A DNA stretch of 64,000 nucleotides, from contig NC_092675.1 in the NCBI RefSeq assembly GCF_964355755.1, positions 23,966,912 to 24,030,911 on the forward strand, in the 5' to 3' direction. The position numbers were made by a program, and so were the translations under genes. The DNA is from Antedon mediterranea. Its lineage: Eukaryota > Animalia > Echinodermata. This document shows positions 10,546-25,160 of this stretch, piece by piece; the first letter of the stretch is position 1, and each line of letters opens with the position of its first letter. Under the pieces are notes generated by a model that saw only the letters and a program-made list of their open reading frames with translations, searched no databases and was not told where the DNA came from.

Positions 10546-12776
10546 TGTACTAAATTATTAAAAGAAACAGTAGTAAGCATAACATTTCCCCACTCCTACA
10601 TTAGCATGGTAGGACATTGTAATGGTCGCAGGTGGCTCAACTTTACTGCAATGGGATGGACATGGTCCTACTTCCACCTTACCATCCAATAGGATTCCAG
10701 TAAATTTCCTTTACTACCAATCATAATTCAGTAATTAAATGACCCCTTAAGTTAACAAGGAAATCAGCCTATCCCATTATACCGGTAGGCTTCGTCGTTA
10801 CAGGCGTACTGCGGTAATAGTTGAGAATTCTCAACTAGCCAATTTGGTATATTTTATATACCTGTCACAACATGTTACCTCTTCGAATCCGAGGTGTTTT
10901 TTGGAAACGTAATAAGTACACAACCATGGCCCAACTTATTGCATCATCAACAGCCAATGAAACGCCTTGGATTGGATTGGTATTTTAATATATTTAATAT
11001 TTAAAAATATTGTGACGAATTCCCAAACATAATTAATATTATAGGCCAGAATAAAATACACGTTGTTGTTATTATGATTGTACTACAATATAAGTCACAC
11101 GGTATATTGATTTTTTGAACGAGTTCTAACGCATAGTATGAGGATTGACAAATATTTCTTCTTTTTCTCTTTCATGATTTAACACGCATTGACATTTGAA
11201 AATAAATTGTGCGATATTAGCATGAATAAATATTATTTTTGTCATTAAATAAGACCGTATAAATAACAACTCAAATAGATGAAATTAGTATAAATATAAA
11301 CTACAACATCTTGATTTTTATTGGTATTAGTGTTTGTTCAGCAAATTGCTAGTGCGGCGTGCTATCGGGGTTTTTTCTGCGTATTAAATTTTGGCCCTCC
11401 GGCATTTTAATTATGTTAAAGTAATTTAATAAATTAAGATTGTAGGTCTATGTGTAAAACCCTGAGTTTTTTTCCAATTCCTAAATACCAATTGTTTCAT
11501 AACATGAACGCAATACATTGATGATCAGAGGTGTGACAACAAATATTCGAATTAAAGAAAAAGCCTGAAGACCCACATCATCAGAAAATGAACTTAATAG
11601 TATGAACGTTTACACCAAGACATTTTATCAAAATTAAAAACCGTAGCTAACTTTGTGAAGCGTTTCATTAGTTAATTAATTTATTAATTTGTCCATGGTT
11701 AATATTTAAAAAGTTGAAAACAAGAAATAGCCTAACAAATACAGAACCATTTATAACTAATGTTGAAAACACAGATGGAATATTTATGCTTGGTCACATT
11801 TTAAGGCTTGAATAGTGCATTTTAGCAGCTCTAAAATATTTTCAGTACGCCGCGGAGTGTGACCAACGGGTCTTTTCACAACTTTATTTAACGACTTTAT
11901 TTATCTACTAAACTGTGGCCTTACAAATTATTTTAATAAACTGAGAGAAACTGCAGCAAATCGTGGTCAAATTTATTTTAATTACTGTACAGTACTATTA
12001 TAGCTTGTTTATGCAAGAAAGACATTACTAATTATTTATAAAAGAGAAAATTTTCATTATGAAATGTTAGTCGTAATCCCAGTCCCAAATACCCATTGTA
12101 TTGTCGAGTCAGCTAGCCGTAGAAGCTTTCGTGACGTGATACAGTTTCCCAATGTTTCCGCGCAAAAGAACCATTTCCGCTACACAATTATACTGTACCT
12201 CGTTTATGTGTGACGTTTTCACATCCGTGTTGGTGATATCGTCGCGACTCTCTCCTAGCTCCGATCTCTCGACGGTATACTCTTCATTGTTTATTATATT
12301 ATTGTACTACCGTTGATTGATCATACTTTTTTGGCCTAGGCCTAGTATTATTGAATTTGGCAATTTAATATGTAAGTATGGAGTATTATATATCATAAAT
12401 ACTGTAGGCTTAACCACCCAACCACCCTTTTCAATGTACCATTAGTATAATATACAGTACCAGCTAGTGGTATTGTAACAAGATTCTTTCCCTGATATAT
12501 TGATATACAGTACTAAGTTGGAATTTACATGCATTGTGAAATAGCTCTATTTCCTCAATATATTAAAACTAAAGTCACATGTCTGATAGAGTCAGATGGA
12601 TGGTTGATGGTATGGTGCTATTGTTGCATTATTTGTTGTCTTTTTTTGACTTTCTATATAGGCCTAGTTTAATTTTTTTTTTTATAACTTACAGGAAAAA
12701 ATAGATATTTTTTTATATTCATCAGAAATAATACCATAATAACGTTTTGTATTTTTTGTTTCTAGCTCGATTGAAA

Positions 12777-15700
12777 ATGAATTCTCAACCAACCGTTTGT
12801 GTCGCCCAACCTTATTATGGCCATCAAAACCTGCGCAAATGTTGTCCACTTCAGTGCTCCAAAAAAGCACAGTGGGTTTTTGGAATTCTCATGATATTGA
12901 CAGCAGTTACTTCTGTTGCATTTGGCATTGCTTCTATTGTTATGCCAACATTCATTTATGGATTCTTTGGTAGTGGACTGTGGGGTGGGGCAGTAAGTAT
13001 GGACTTCATTATCTAAATTTGTTAATTAGGTTTACACACATCACCAGTAGGTGATATTTCTTGCAAATGATAGGGCTTTAAAACAATCTTACTTATTTTT
13101 AATTTACAGTAAAACTCTTCATTAGGAGACCTATTCAGCAGAAACCTCTATTAATTATAGGGACATTTTCTTGTGAAACAAATGACTATACATTGTTTAC
13201 AAAGTTAATTTACTACAATATAGTAGCTTTACTCAAATAATTTTGGAATTTGTCCTTGCCTATGAATAACAAACAAAATATGCAAAAACATATAATTTGT
13301 CATAATGAGGAATTATATGTTTTTTTACATTGTCCATGTAGTTTAGTCAGTGACTGAAGAACATAGAACTAACTTTATTTTTCAGATTGTCTTCACAGCT
13401 GGAATATTGTGTCTGTGTTCTAGTAAAACCGACAACAAATGTGTTGTAAGTATTATTTTGTCATTAATTGTTTACAATTTTGTTTACTTAATTTTAGAGA
13501 TGAACTCTGACAGAATTCACTGAGACATGTAACTTTTAATACCATCCTACCAACTCAATATACATTTCAATTCAATTATTTATTATTGTCAAGCACTCTG
13601 GCTTGAAATAAAATATGACAAAATGGGAATTGATTGATTCCCATTCCCACTTCAGAGCAGTATTTATTGCCAGTTAAGTTACAATGTTTAAACTGGTCAA
13701 CTTTAAGCCTAGTATGTTGAATTGGTACAAATTGTACTTTCTTTCAGGCTGTCAGTGCTCTTGTGATGAACATTATCTCAATCTTGGTGGCTATTGATCA
13801 GATGACATTGATGAGTATAGCTGCTGGAAGTGAGTACGATTATGAAGATGAAGATCGTTGTCATTGGAATTATTTTTCACACTTTCAGTATGAAGACTGT
13901 GTAGGTATTTTCAAAACATTTGTAAATCCTTGAATCCAAAAAAATCAGCTGTGTGAGATCAACGATACAAATTAAAGCCATTATGGCTTATTGTAATGAA
14001 ATCCACACACAATCAAATGTTATATTATAATTTATAATAATTGTAAATACAGTGTAATATGTTGTGTAAAATAAAACTGTAACTGAATTATTACTTGTAG
14101 TCAAACAAAAAACTATATCTGTTATGAAAGTAGGACGACCACATTCATTCACGTCCGTATTCATAAACGTTTCCCCAAATAAGTAGTAGCAAAAAGTAGT
14201 TTTGACGCGAATTCAACAAAATATAGGTTAACAAACACAAGGAGACACTTTTTTGTCATCTTTCGGTAAAACTAAGTGCCTTGTGTTTAAACAATTAGGC
14301 CTATGTGTTGACTATTACCATCTTGTTTATGCACACCTCATACATTATACGAAGTGGATAACTTCAAAAAATCTATTAGTAGGCCTTAGCTTTTTTCCAT
14401 TGATGTACTGTAATAAGTTGGGCTCTATAATATGGTACCAACAGCTTAAATCAGGGTTTTTTTTTAATCCTTAGTTACTTTCATTTGGTCCATCAGAAAT
14501 AAAGTTACTTGCTCATTTTTAGTCATTTTGTCTTTTTTAGGCGGCAGAAGTAGCTATAGATGGAGTGCTAATTGCTATTGGTGCTGTTGAACTTGGACTT
14601 GCAATCACTTGTGTCTGTCTGTTGTCTGTATCTGTTTGCTGTTCAGGCACCAGGCAAACAATTGGGGTAATAACATTTTTCCATATATTTGACCAACCTG
14701 AAATACGTACTTGAGCTTTCAACCCTTAACCTACAAAAGGGACTTTACGAAACACGACGGGAAGCCACAGGACAGTGCTCATGAATAATGTATGCATGAG
14801 CTTTAATTAAGTGGGCGGAGCTTAGGGTGAAATTCTGTCGTCTTAACTTTTTGAGGACGATAAAGTTGCCATTTTCCCGTTTACAGAAAACGACTAGAGA
14901 TAATGTACACATATCCTTAAATAGATAGTTCAAAATACACTTAAAAGTGGAAATTTCAAAACTCTAAACAATATTTGAACTTCTAATTTAATTGTTTAAT
15001 GAAATAACATTGTTATTTGGTTAAAATGGCTGTATTAAAAGCGCGTTTGAATGCGAGGGTCCTAGCTAGAAGGCTAGGCCTATGCTGTTCCACCAGAACC
15101 AAGCGATTCAGAAGGAGGAAGAAGACAGGTGAGCGCAGAGGGAGATACTGTCGGTCTTGAGTCGTCTTCGCGCAAGGGTGGATTGACTGTATATGATTTT
15201 ACGCTCTAGCGAACATAAGATATTTGTTGTCCTTCCCTAAAGTCTCATGCTTACAGAGTGAGAATAGCATCCCATGCCTCACTTCCACTCACTTTGTTTC
15301 ATTCTCAGAAAAAAAAGTTGCAGGCTCAGGTCAATAAGCCTGACAGATAATTAGAAAGATCAATAGTAGCTTAGTGGGGTTAATTTTATCGTAAGGTGAC
15401 TCCTGACGTCATTAGGTTATACAGTAGTATGTTATTGTTATGCTAAATCTTTCTTCTTGTCAGAAAACAGAACAGAACAGTTTTGTGATATCTGAGTTTG
15501 TTTAGCTTTGCTTCAATGGCTATTATTTGCTGTTACATTTAAAGAAATCAGTGTTTATTGAATTGAAATGGGAATACTGCATCATTGTGTTTTGGTCAGC
15601 TAGTTTTCATTTTATGTGTTTATTTGACCAACAAACCATAATATAAAATATTCAGATGAATTGGTCAGGGACTGCTAAACAATGATCTTAACTAAAATAA

Positions 15701-16557
15701 ATTTATAGTAAACAATATATTTAGACGATATAGTATATATTCACAAACTAACTGTGATATTTTTTTTTTCAGATGATCCAGCAGCCTTTGTTACTGCACC
15801 ATGGAGGTTCCAGTGCTGCAGCAACCCCAGGTACTAAACATGGTCTTTATTACAGATACAAATTTTGCAATGACAAGCACTCATATTTAGTACAACTGCT
15901 TTACTACTTTAATGTAATAAGTTACTTATTCTACTGAAAGTAGTATGTGTTCATTGTCACTTGCCAATTACTCAAATGACAGTCTTGAACTTTCTAAAAT
16001 AAGGATAGTGATGTAATGCGTGAAAATGTGAAAATCTTATTAGAAATTCTTTATGATGACCTACCAGTATGTTTTACTTCAAAATTTAATTCCTGAAAAT
16101 GATATACTGTAAAAGGTATCACTTTTCGACATGAGTGATACAGTTATCACTATTTACTGGTAACATACCTACAATTTAAAACACATCACCAATGCTAGTT
16201 GTACAATTTTTGTTACTGGCATTTAATGACATGTTGTTCTCTTTTCCAGTTTTCCCACCACAAACTCACTTTGTTACACCATCTGGTCAAATGTATGTTC
16301 ACCAGCCACCGCGAATGCAACAATATGCTGCTTCTCAATCACAGCAGCTACCAACTGGTAATCAGCAACAGTATCCAGAAGCCAGCAATCCTCAGGGAAA
16401 ACCCTTTGATCAGCAGTCTGGTCAGCCTACCGGTGCTGCTCCACCTCCTCAACAGTACCAAGCAGATCATCTACTTCAACAGAACCCTGCTGGTGGGGAA
16501 GCCAGACATGAGGGAATTAACCCTCACTTTCTGCCACCTTACAGTGAAAATAACTAA
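12777..16557 (+). CDS. MS4A/CD20-like four-pass membrane protein, 306 aa, 6 coding exons
   Basis: Exons 12777-12992, 13386-13445, 13748-13900, 14541-14666, 15773-15830, 16250-16557 splice in frame (921 nt, GT-AG). Four hydrophobic segments, GLWGGAIVFTAGIL and VELGLAITC MS4A-type motifs, two Cys in the second loop, Q/P-rich tail with LPPY. Confidence 0.85.
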
Positions 16558-18621
16558 ACTGTTTTGGTTTAAATACAGTATATGCTCTGTTTTATAAGCT
16601 TACTTGTACATAGACATCCATTTTAAAATTTAGTTTCCATTTTGTCATGCTTGTAAATTTTCATTATACTTCGCATGCACTATAGGTAGAGTATTAAAAA
16701 ATGAATTGCAGTTGGACATGCTTTTTGTCATATATACCAGTACATTACTTGATATACAAAATTATAGATAATCTTATACCCAGGCATATACTGTATCACA
16801 TATCAGCTTACCCAGAAAAATCCAGTAACCACAGTTTCAACCATTCACAAATAATAGACGTATTCGGCTGATCAATCGCAAACACTTCGCAGTTTATATA
16901 TGCATATAAACAGTGAGTTTGACGAGCTAGATCTGTTTGAATTTCTGATTTTAGAAACTAGTTGAAATGTTAAAAAATTAGTGTTGATTTAAAGGTGAAT
17001 ATATTACAGGAACTGTTATATAAATGTTACTTAAAAAAATAATAAGATTATATTTTACTCAGACAAGATGATAGTGATAGTGTTTAGTGATTTACACTCT
17101 AAAGTGTAGATATTTTTTATTACCTATGGTGATTGGTTATTTTAACATGCTTTATAAAATGCAACATGTTTCACTGGTCACCATATACTGTACATTTTAT
17201 TTCAGTAGTATTTGCACATATATGTTTTATTATTTTTGATTGGAAATAAAATAAATAAATCACTACTGTCCCAAATAAAACAATAATATTACAAAATTGT
17301 GTAGAGATAATTGTTGACCAGTTGAGAATGTTGCTTAACATATAAATCTATTTTAAATAGTATTTTTAATGGTAAAAATGTGTTGTTTTTGTGTAGTGTA
17401 CAACACTTTTGATGAATAAAGCTGATCCATTTTTAGCATTCATAAACTTTCTTTTTAAGTTTCTTAATAACTTGTTGCAGTCCTGTAAAACATACATTGT
17501 ACAGTATAGTATATAAAATATCTGATTTCTTCTTCTAGTATGATGTTTGTTTGCAGACGACTTGTTCTCCATTGTTCAGAGCTCTCTATCAATGTATGCA
17601 TTGATGTTCATGAGCTAATGACGATTGCTTTTATAATATTTAAAACCATGGACCTAAATTAGATTTATGTGGGTCCATGAATTGAAGGGTCGAAGAAGTC
17701 TTTTATACCTCCCTGATTTACCATTTGAATTTAACCCAACAAAATGACAATTACGACTAGTCTTCATGGTATTCAGGGAAGAGTGAAATTGGACTCTTCT
17801 CTAATTGGCCTACCACATTATAATATGTCGAAATAGGCAAAATTCAGCATATATAACTTATTTTCAGGTCGTCGCGGTTTTTTTTTTTTTTTTGGTGTTT
17901 AGTAAATGTTCATAAAACGCACTCTAGCAGGTCTACTGTTTTTATGTGGTCATTATATTAGAAATGCATCATTTTAAAATGACTGAACCCTGATAATCCA
18001 CAAAATGATTATAGGGCTCCTAGTTTTGGTTTGACTTAATATTAGTAGAAAGAAAAATATTTTGGCACATATGGCGTTTCATACGTATACTAATTGAGCT
18101 TGTAAACTCGGACAAAAATCGAAATAAAAAATAAATAAATAAAAAAAGACAATAAATGCAGTCTTTCTTACGATTATGTGTTTTAATATTAGAGCGCTTA
18201 CATTTTTGAAAAAAACTTTTGCGTCGATCCATAGAGATATTATAGTGACTATAATATCTCTATGGTCGATCCTAATGCATCTTGATTAACAAGAAACAAA
18301 ATGAGTGTGTAGACGTCAAAATCTCGCATATTTTTACATTTTACTATTCACATAAAGACTATATACTATATTAAATCATGGTTACCTCCATGCTTCTATA
18401 ATGTAAACTTTACGAATTTGTTTTCAAACGGAGAGTGATGTACCGTACTTTTATAAGCCTATTTGAATGATGGCGATATGCTTTGAATTAGGGACCGTCT
18501 TATCAATTTGAGAAACTCTCCTTACTCGCTCATTTTGATTACAAATTCAGCCAGGACAGTTTTATATTGTTCAATTATTTTCAATTTATCAGCTAGTACG
18601 GTCATCTTTTGATATATTGAC

Positions 18622-20978
18622 ATGGATCATGTATTACTAATGAAAGTAACCAGTATTATGTGTATAGTAGAAGCTGTACAACGCAAGAAGAAAGCTTTAA
18701 ACAGACTGCAAAAGAAACGTAGTGTTTGGGTAAAACCATGGATAGAACGCCGACAATTACACCATGGAGCATATTATGACCTTTTAAAAGAACTGGAGGC
18801 AGAGGATATAAAAAGAGACAAATATTTTCCACACATGGACAAATCATCATTCGATGATATTTTGGAAAAAATAACTCCCTTAATAAAAAGAGAGGACACA
18901 CATATGAGAAAAGCAATTTCCCCAGAAGAGAGATTGGCTTTAACGCTTCGTTTTTTAACATCAGGTAAGAATGTCGAATTACTTAGCTTCTTGCTTTCTC
19001 TCCGATCTAGCTAGCCTAGAATCCGGTCTATAAAAATAAACCTCATATATCTTGCTTTTACAGTATAGATAGATATGTTAAGCTCTGTCTACCCTATCGC
19101 ACTAGTTGACAATAAAAATGTGTGATGTGCCCAAATATGGTAGCGTTATGACATTGTGTCCATATATGGGCACATCACGTTTTCTGTTGTCACATAAAGT
19201 TTGATAGTGTAGACAGATCGCTTTTCTGGATCTGTAATTTTCTAAACATCAGATCTAAACTGCTAAAATAATCAGTTACAACAACGTATTTTACTTTAAA
19301 CTGCATGATGTTTTCATTTTTAGGGTTTTATTGTATGTTATTGTATTGTTATATGCTGGTTGAAAAATTAAAAGAAACACAACGGCATAAATACGGATAG
19401 ATTAGTACAGTATTCGGTGTAATTGCGGGTACAAATATATTTAGCTTTTTTGGTATTTGACTCCAGAAGCGTATTGACCAAACTGTGATGAATAGATTTA
19501 AATCCCCCTACCTAGTTTTTAGAATGCATGTGGGTATATTTTTCCAATGCCATCCGATCAACAAAAATTATATACCTCCATGTTACAACTCACATAGTCA
19601 TAGTTTACACGAGCAGACAACGTTGTGCATAGGTTTCGTTATTCAAATTTACATCTGAAGTAGTTTATAAATGTAGACTGTGCACTCAACAAAAAATGCT
19701 CATAAAAAGACCCGATTGAAATATCAAAATAAATGATTTCTTTTGTCTAGGAAACACATATCAAGATATGGAGTGTCTTTATAGAGTTCCACGGAGCACC
19801 TTGAGTAAATTGATTCCTGAAACATGCAAAGCCATTTATGATGTGCTGAAAGAGGATTACTTAAAGGTATAGAATAACATTAATATTTATTTTTATTCAC
19901 ATGAACCTGCACTAGTCCGTGTAGCACCCCCCCCCCCCCACTAATTATTATAAGCTGTTATTGTGCGAGATATAACCATGGAGCCCTGACTGAGTGATCA
20001 CTGGTTGGTGCTGTCTGATGTTAAATGTGATATGAAAATAAAAGTAAAAAATGCTTTGAAGAATCCGCATCCGGATTTTTATATATAAGTTTACGTTTCT
20101 AAAAAAAATTTAAATTATGTCATTACAATGACCAAATACACTATACATGTTTTTATTGCAATTACATAGGTTCCTGAAACAGAAGACGATTGGCTAAAAG
20201 TAGCTGAAGGTTTTAAAGAAAAATGGCAGTTTCCCAATTGTATTGGAGCACTAGACGGACAAATTATACAAATAAACCCACGGCCTGGATGGGTATCAAT
20301 GTATAAAAACAATTTCAGTATTATTCAAATGGCATTAGTTGATGCAGACTATAAATTCATATATGTTGATGTCGGCTGTAGAGTGGATGATGGTGGAGTA
20401 TGGCATGGGTGTTCGTTGAAAAAAGCTCTTGATGACGGTACGATCAATATTCCAGGCCCACAATGCCTTCCTGGAAGGGAGAAACCAATGCCTCATGTAA
20501 TAGTGGCTGATAAAGTTTTTCCTTTGAAAGAAACTATTATGAAACCTTATCCATCAAGAGGAATAAGTAAGGAAAAGAAATCTTCAACTACCGTCTTTCA
20601 AGGGCAAGGAGGACAGCGGAGAATGCTTTTGGAATCCAGACAAATCGATTCCGTGTATTTCAGCAACCATTTAGAGCACACCCTAATAACGTAAGGTCAA
20701 TGGTTTTAAGTACGTGTGTACTTCACAATTATTTACTCACCAAGCCCAGTTCAAGAAATATATACACATTAAATAATCTCGATGTAGAAAATATAAAAAC
20801 TGGAATAGTGACTGAAGGAAGTTGGCGAAGAGGTCCAACCCCAAATGGAATAGCTCCTTTAGAATCACAATGTGGTAACAGGGCTGGTGGTCCGGCTAAA
20901 CTTGTACAAAATGAGTTTTGTGACTATTTTAATGGAAATGGTAAAGTTGAATGGCAGTGGAGAGTTGGACTAGAGTAA
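18622..20978 (+). pseudogene. PIF/Harbinger transposase, frameshifted copy 2
   Basis: Exons 18622-18964, 19751-19866, 20170-20978; same A4 frameshift at 20573-20576. Confidence 0.9.
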
Positions 20979-23900
20979 CATTGTAAACATAATGTCACAA
21001 ACGTACAATTTTGTATATTTCTCGCCAAATTATAAAGCGACCCATTTCCAACATGTGGGTCAGATCATGGAGGATACCTCCATAGTCAGATACTGTAAAA
21101 TAAAATGGTTGTAAAACAGTTGTAAATTATATTTAATCAAATTATGTATTTAATGAAAGACAACTTCGTGAATTGTGCTTTTTGTTGTTCATTTGTTGGC
21201 GTCAGGTAACGGATTGATTCAGACAAAATTTAATTTGCTATAATTATACAATATTTAATTTTAGATTATTTTATTATTATTATTTAAGATTACAGTACAG
21301 AATCGGGAGAAGTTAATGTAATTAAGCCAGCAAGAAGAAAACAATTATACATTAAATAATTTACACAAATGTACAGTATTATAAAATGTATTAAACTTTT
21401 CTTTGGTTTATATAATGGTTTGGTAATAATACTTTAATAAGACAATCTACAGAACACTCTGAATAAATGTTGAATAAATGTTATTCTTAGAAGGATACGA
21501 ATTGATTGATTATTGGTGGTGGTGGTTGGTTAGGTGGTGGCTGATTATCGGTGGTGGTTGGTTAGGTGGTGGCTGATTTATTGGTGGTAGTTGCTAATAA
21601 ATCTGATGAGAATATTTAAACTGAGAATTGTTTTGTAGCTCTTCGTCCTCATCAGGTATTCTAAATATCACCTCCTTTGTTGAATCGCTTTGCGCTTAAG
21701 CCTAGGAGTTGTTATTCTTTTCAACCACATTGTGAATAATTCCCCTGATGCAGATCTTCATCATATTGGCTCCTGTTTCGTTCTTAGATGATGATGTAGT
21801 GGCTGTACGCAAAGCTTCTGTTGCAGCTAACATGAAATCGTCATATGGGGTTCCCTTTACCTTTTTATTGTTGTTATTAGGCGTTAGATGCCTACCCGAA
21901 GAAGTGTATTTTCCTATTCCTGTGGAATTCTTGCTAGTTTGAATAGCATCACAATCATCATCAACATCTTCATAATCAAAATAATCCGCATATTTATCAG
22001 TGATGTAAATTGACTTATTAGGCTCCTAAAAATTAAATAATATGTCATTACACTAAATATAAGCCTAAATTGAAATATGTCATTTACACTAACTATAGGC
22101 CTAGGCCTAAATTATAAATGGGCCTACATTATAAATATACATATGGCCTACACCCTCAAATCCATTAGCATTACGTTGTTGTAATAGTGCTGGTAAAGCT
22201 AGACTGTACCGTAAACATACTACAAAAGAAGTTTTTAGTCGCGTGCAACGCGACTTACTATGTCGTTCGGTTGATCGGTCGGTCGGTTGGTAGGTCGGTA
22301 AACACTAACATGTATATGTCCTTGTTACCTAATTACTTCAATGGCAAATGGTCTATGTTCTTTAATAGCAAAGTCAATTTTAGACTGCTTAAATAATTAC
22401 CAAATTTGAAACGGCAAGCTGCTGCTGCTGAAAAATGTGTGGCAGCACGAAATGCATCCTAAATTCACTGTCACTCTATTATGGGAAAGGCCGGTCCGGG
22501 ACATTATTCGAGCGCTTTTTTTAACCATGTGAACAAAAAATAAGCGTATCAATACCGGAGTGGTGCAATTTAGAAGTCTATTCCATGAAGTAAATTATTC
22601 CATGATTATTCCGAAATGTTTCGCACTTCAACCTACGTGGGAACAATTAATATTTTTTTAAACATTACTGATAGTTGCCTTTACGTAAATTTATATATAG
22701 ATACGATCTATTATGTTCATCCAATTCAATGGTGAACCCATTCAATACACTAATGGGCACAATTTGGGATTGACAGGCGTCCCGGGGGAAGGATCAACTT
22801 CTTATAAAATATAACTGAGCAGTCAAGTTTCTTTCACTCAGTCAGTATAGCGGTATAGCCAGTTATATTATGATTATACAGTACCGGAACTAGTTACTCT
22901 GAGTTATTATAGTTGAAAATGATAATTTGAAAAAAATATATAATTTAATAAACCGTAATAAAATCAGTGAGATCTGCCATCCTCAACATAATACTATCTC
23001 TGTCTACACTATCAAGTTATTATAGTTGAAAATGATAATTTGAAAAAAATATATAATTTAATAAACCGTAATAAAATCAGTGAGATCTGCCATCCTCAAC
23101 ATAATACTATCTCTGTCTACACTATCAAACTTTATGTACTCAATTATGGTAGTGATATGCCATCATTATGTCCATATATGGGCACGTCATCACATTTTTG
23201 ATTACATAAAGTTTGATAGTGTAGACAGACCTTAAGAAAATAGCTATTCGGATTAAATATTGAATGATCATCAAGAAAAACTACAAAAAAGCAATTATTA
23301 TGCAAATGCATTTAGACAAAAGCACAGTACTGTAATTAGAAATAGAACTAAGAGGATGTCCCAACTGTAAAATGTTTAAACAACAAACCTAAAACGATGA
23401 ATACAATTATCAATCTCGGATCAATAAACTATTGTAAAACGGTCCTTTATTGGAGAACCTTTGCTAAAACCAACCCGTTAATTCATTAATAAAAGAAAAG
23501 TTAATTTCTTGTTCAGTAGGCCTAAATATCTCAATGTAATTCGAGCCAAATTGTTAATGAATAATCTTGCAGTATTACATAATGATCTGTTTAATCATTT
23601 GATCGTGCTGGGAAGGAATGACAGGTTTAACACAGTTTGATACTCTATATCAATCATCTATAAAAATGGTAAAGACTGGTGAAAAACTCGACGTGAGCTT
23701 ATATAGTAACGCAAGGAAATCGACATGAGAAAACCTTCAGAAAAGCGATTGATTATTTTATTGTAACATTGTCATTAGGCCTATTACAGTATACAGTTCC
23801 ACACAATATTCTTAGTAAATTGAGTGTTTAAATTGCAAATCCATTTATTTATTTATTATTTATGAATGACGATTTTATCATTTATGAAGAAGCTGTAGTT

Positions 23901-25160
23901 GCGAGGGAAAAAATGTGGAACGTTTTGGTGGTGGTTGATTTATGTGGTGGATGATTATTGGTGGTGGCTGATTGGTTGGTTGTGGATAATTTGGCTGTGG
24001 GCTGATTTGGTGATGGCTGATTGGTTGATTTGGTTGTAGGCTGATTTGGTGGTGGCTGATTGATTGGTGGTGGCTAATTTGGTTGTAGGCTGATTTGGTG
24101 GTGTCTGATTGTGGTGCTGGCTGATTTGGTGGTAGATGATTTTTGGCGGTGGATGATTATTGGTGGTGGTTGATTTGGTGGTGGCTGATTATTGGTAGTG
24201 GCTGATTTATTGGTGGTGGTGGCTGATTTATTGGTGGTGGTGGCTGATTTGTTGTTGGTGGTGGATGATTATAAATATGAGGGGAATAGTTAAACTGAGA
24301 ATTGCTTTGTTGCTCTTCGTCCTCATCAAGTATTCTAAATATCACCTCCTGCATTTGCTGAATCGCTTTGCGCTTAAGCCTAGGAGTTTTTATCCTTTTC
24401 AACCACATTGCAAATAGTTTCCCCTGTTGCAGATCTTCATCATCGGCTCCTGTTTCATTCTTATTCGATGATGATGTAGTAGCTGTACGCAAAGCTTCTG
24501 TTGCAGCTAACATGAAATCCTCATGTGGGGTTCTCTCATTAATTGTCTTTAACTTTTTATTGTTTTTAGGTGTTAGATGCTTAGCCGCAGGGTATTTTCT
24601 TGTTCCTGTAGAATCCTTGCTAGTTTGAAGAGCATCACAATCATCACCAACATCTTCATAATCAAAATAATCTGCATATTCATCAGTGATGTAAATTGAC
24701 ACATTAGGTTCCTGAAAAATAAAACAGATGACACCAACAATATGTTACCAAAATATACATAATTTATTGCAAAACAGATAGGTTGAAGGTTTAGGAAAAA
24801 TGAAATTTCCCCAAAAGTCAAATTCTAATACTTGTGAGAAGGAAGAGAGGCGCGTACCCAAATGAAATAGCGCCGTATTACACTTACAGTGACTGTGGTA
24901 TACAGGAATTCCTAAAACTAGAAAAGGATTTTGTATTGTTTGTACATGATTATTTCAATAACAACATAGAGTCAAATGCGTCAATGGCAACTGCTAATAA
25001 ACATTGTAAACTTACAATTTTGTATATTTCTTACCAAATTTGAAACGGATAGCTGGCTAGCAAAATGTGTGGCAGCAAGAAATGTATCAAGTTGTTCAAA
25101 ATACATCCACTTACAACATGTTTGTATTGCTCAGAATTTGATACCAATTTTTTTACAACA

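Noticed and set aside
14720-15062. Possible MITE in MS4A intron (ACCCT...AGGGT ends)
   Set aside because: Terminal match too short and no clear TSD.
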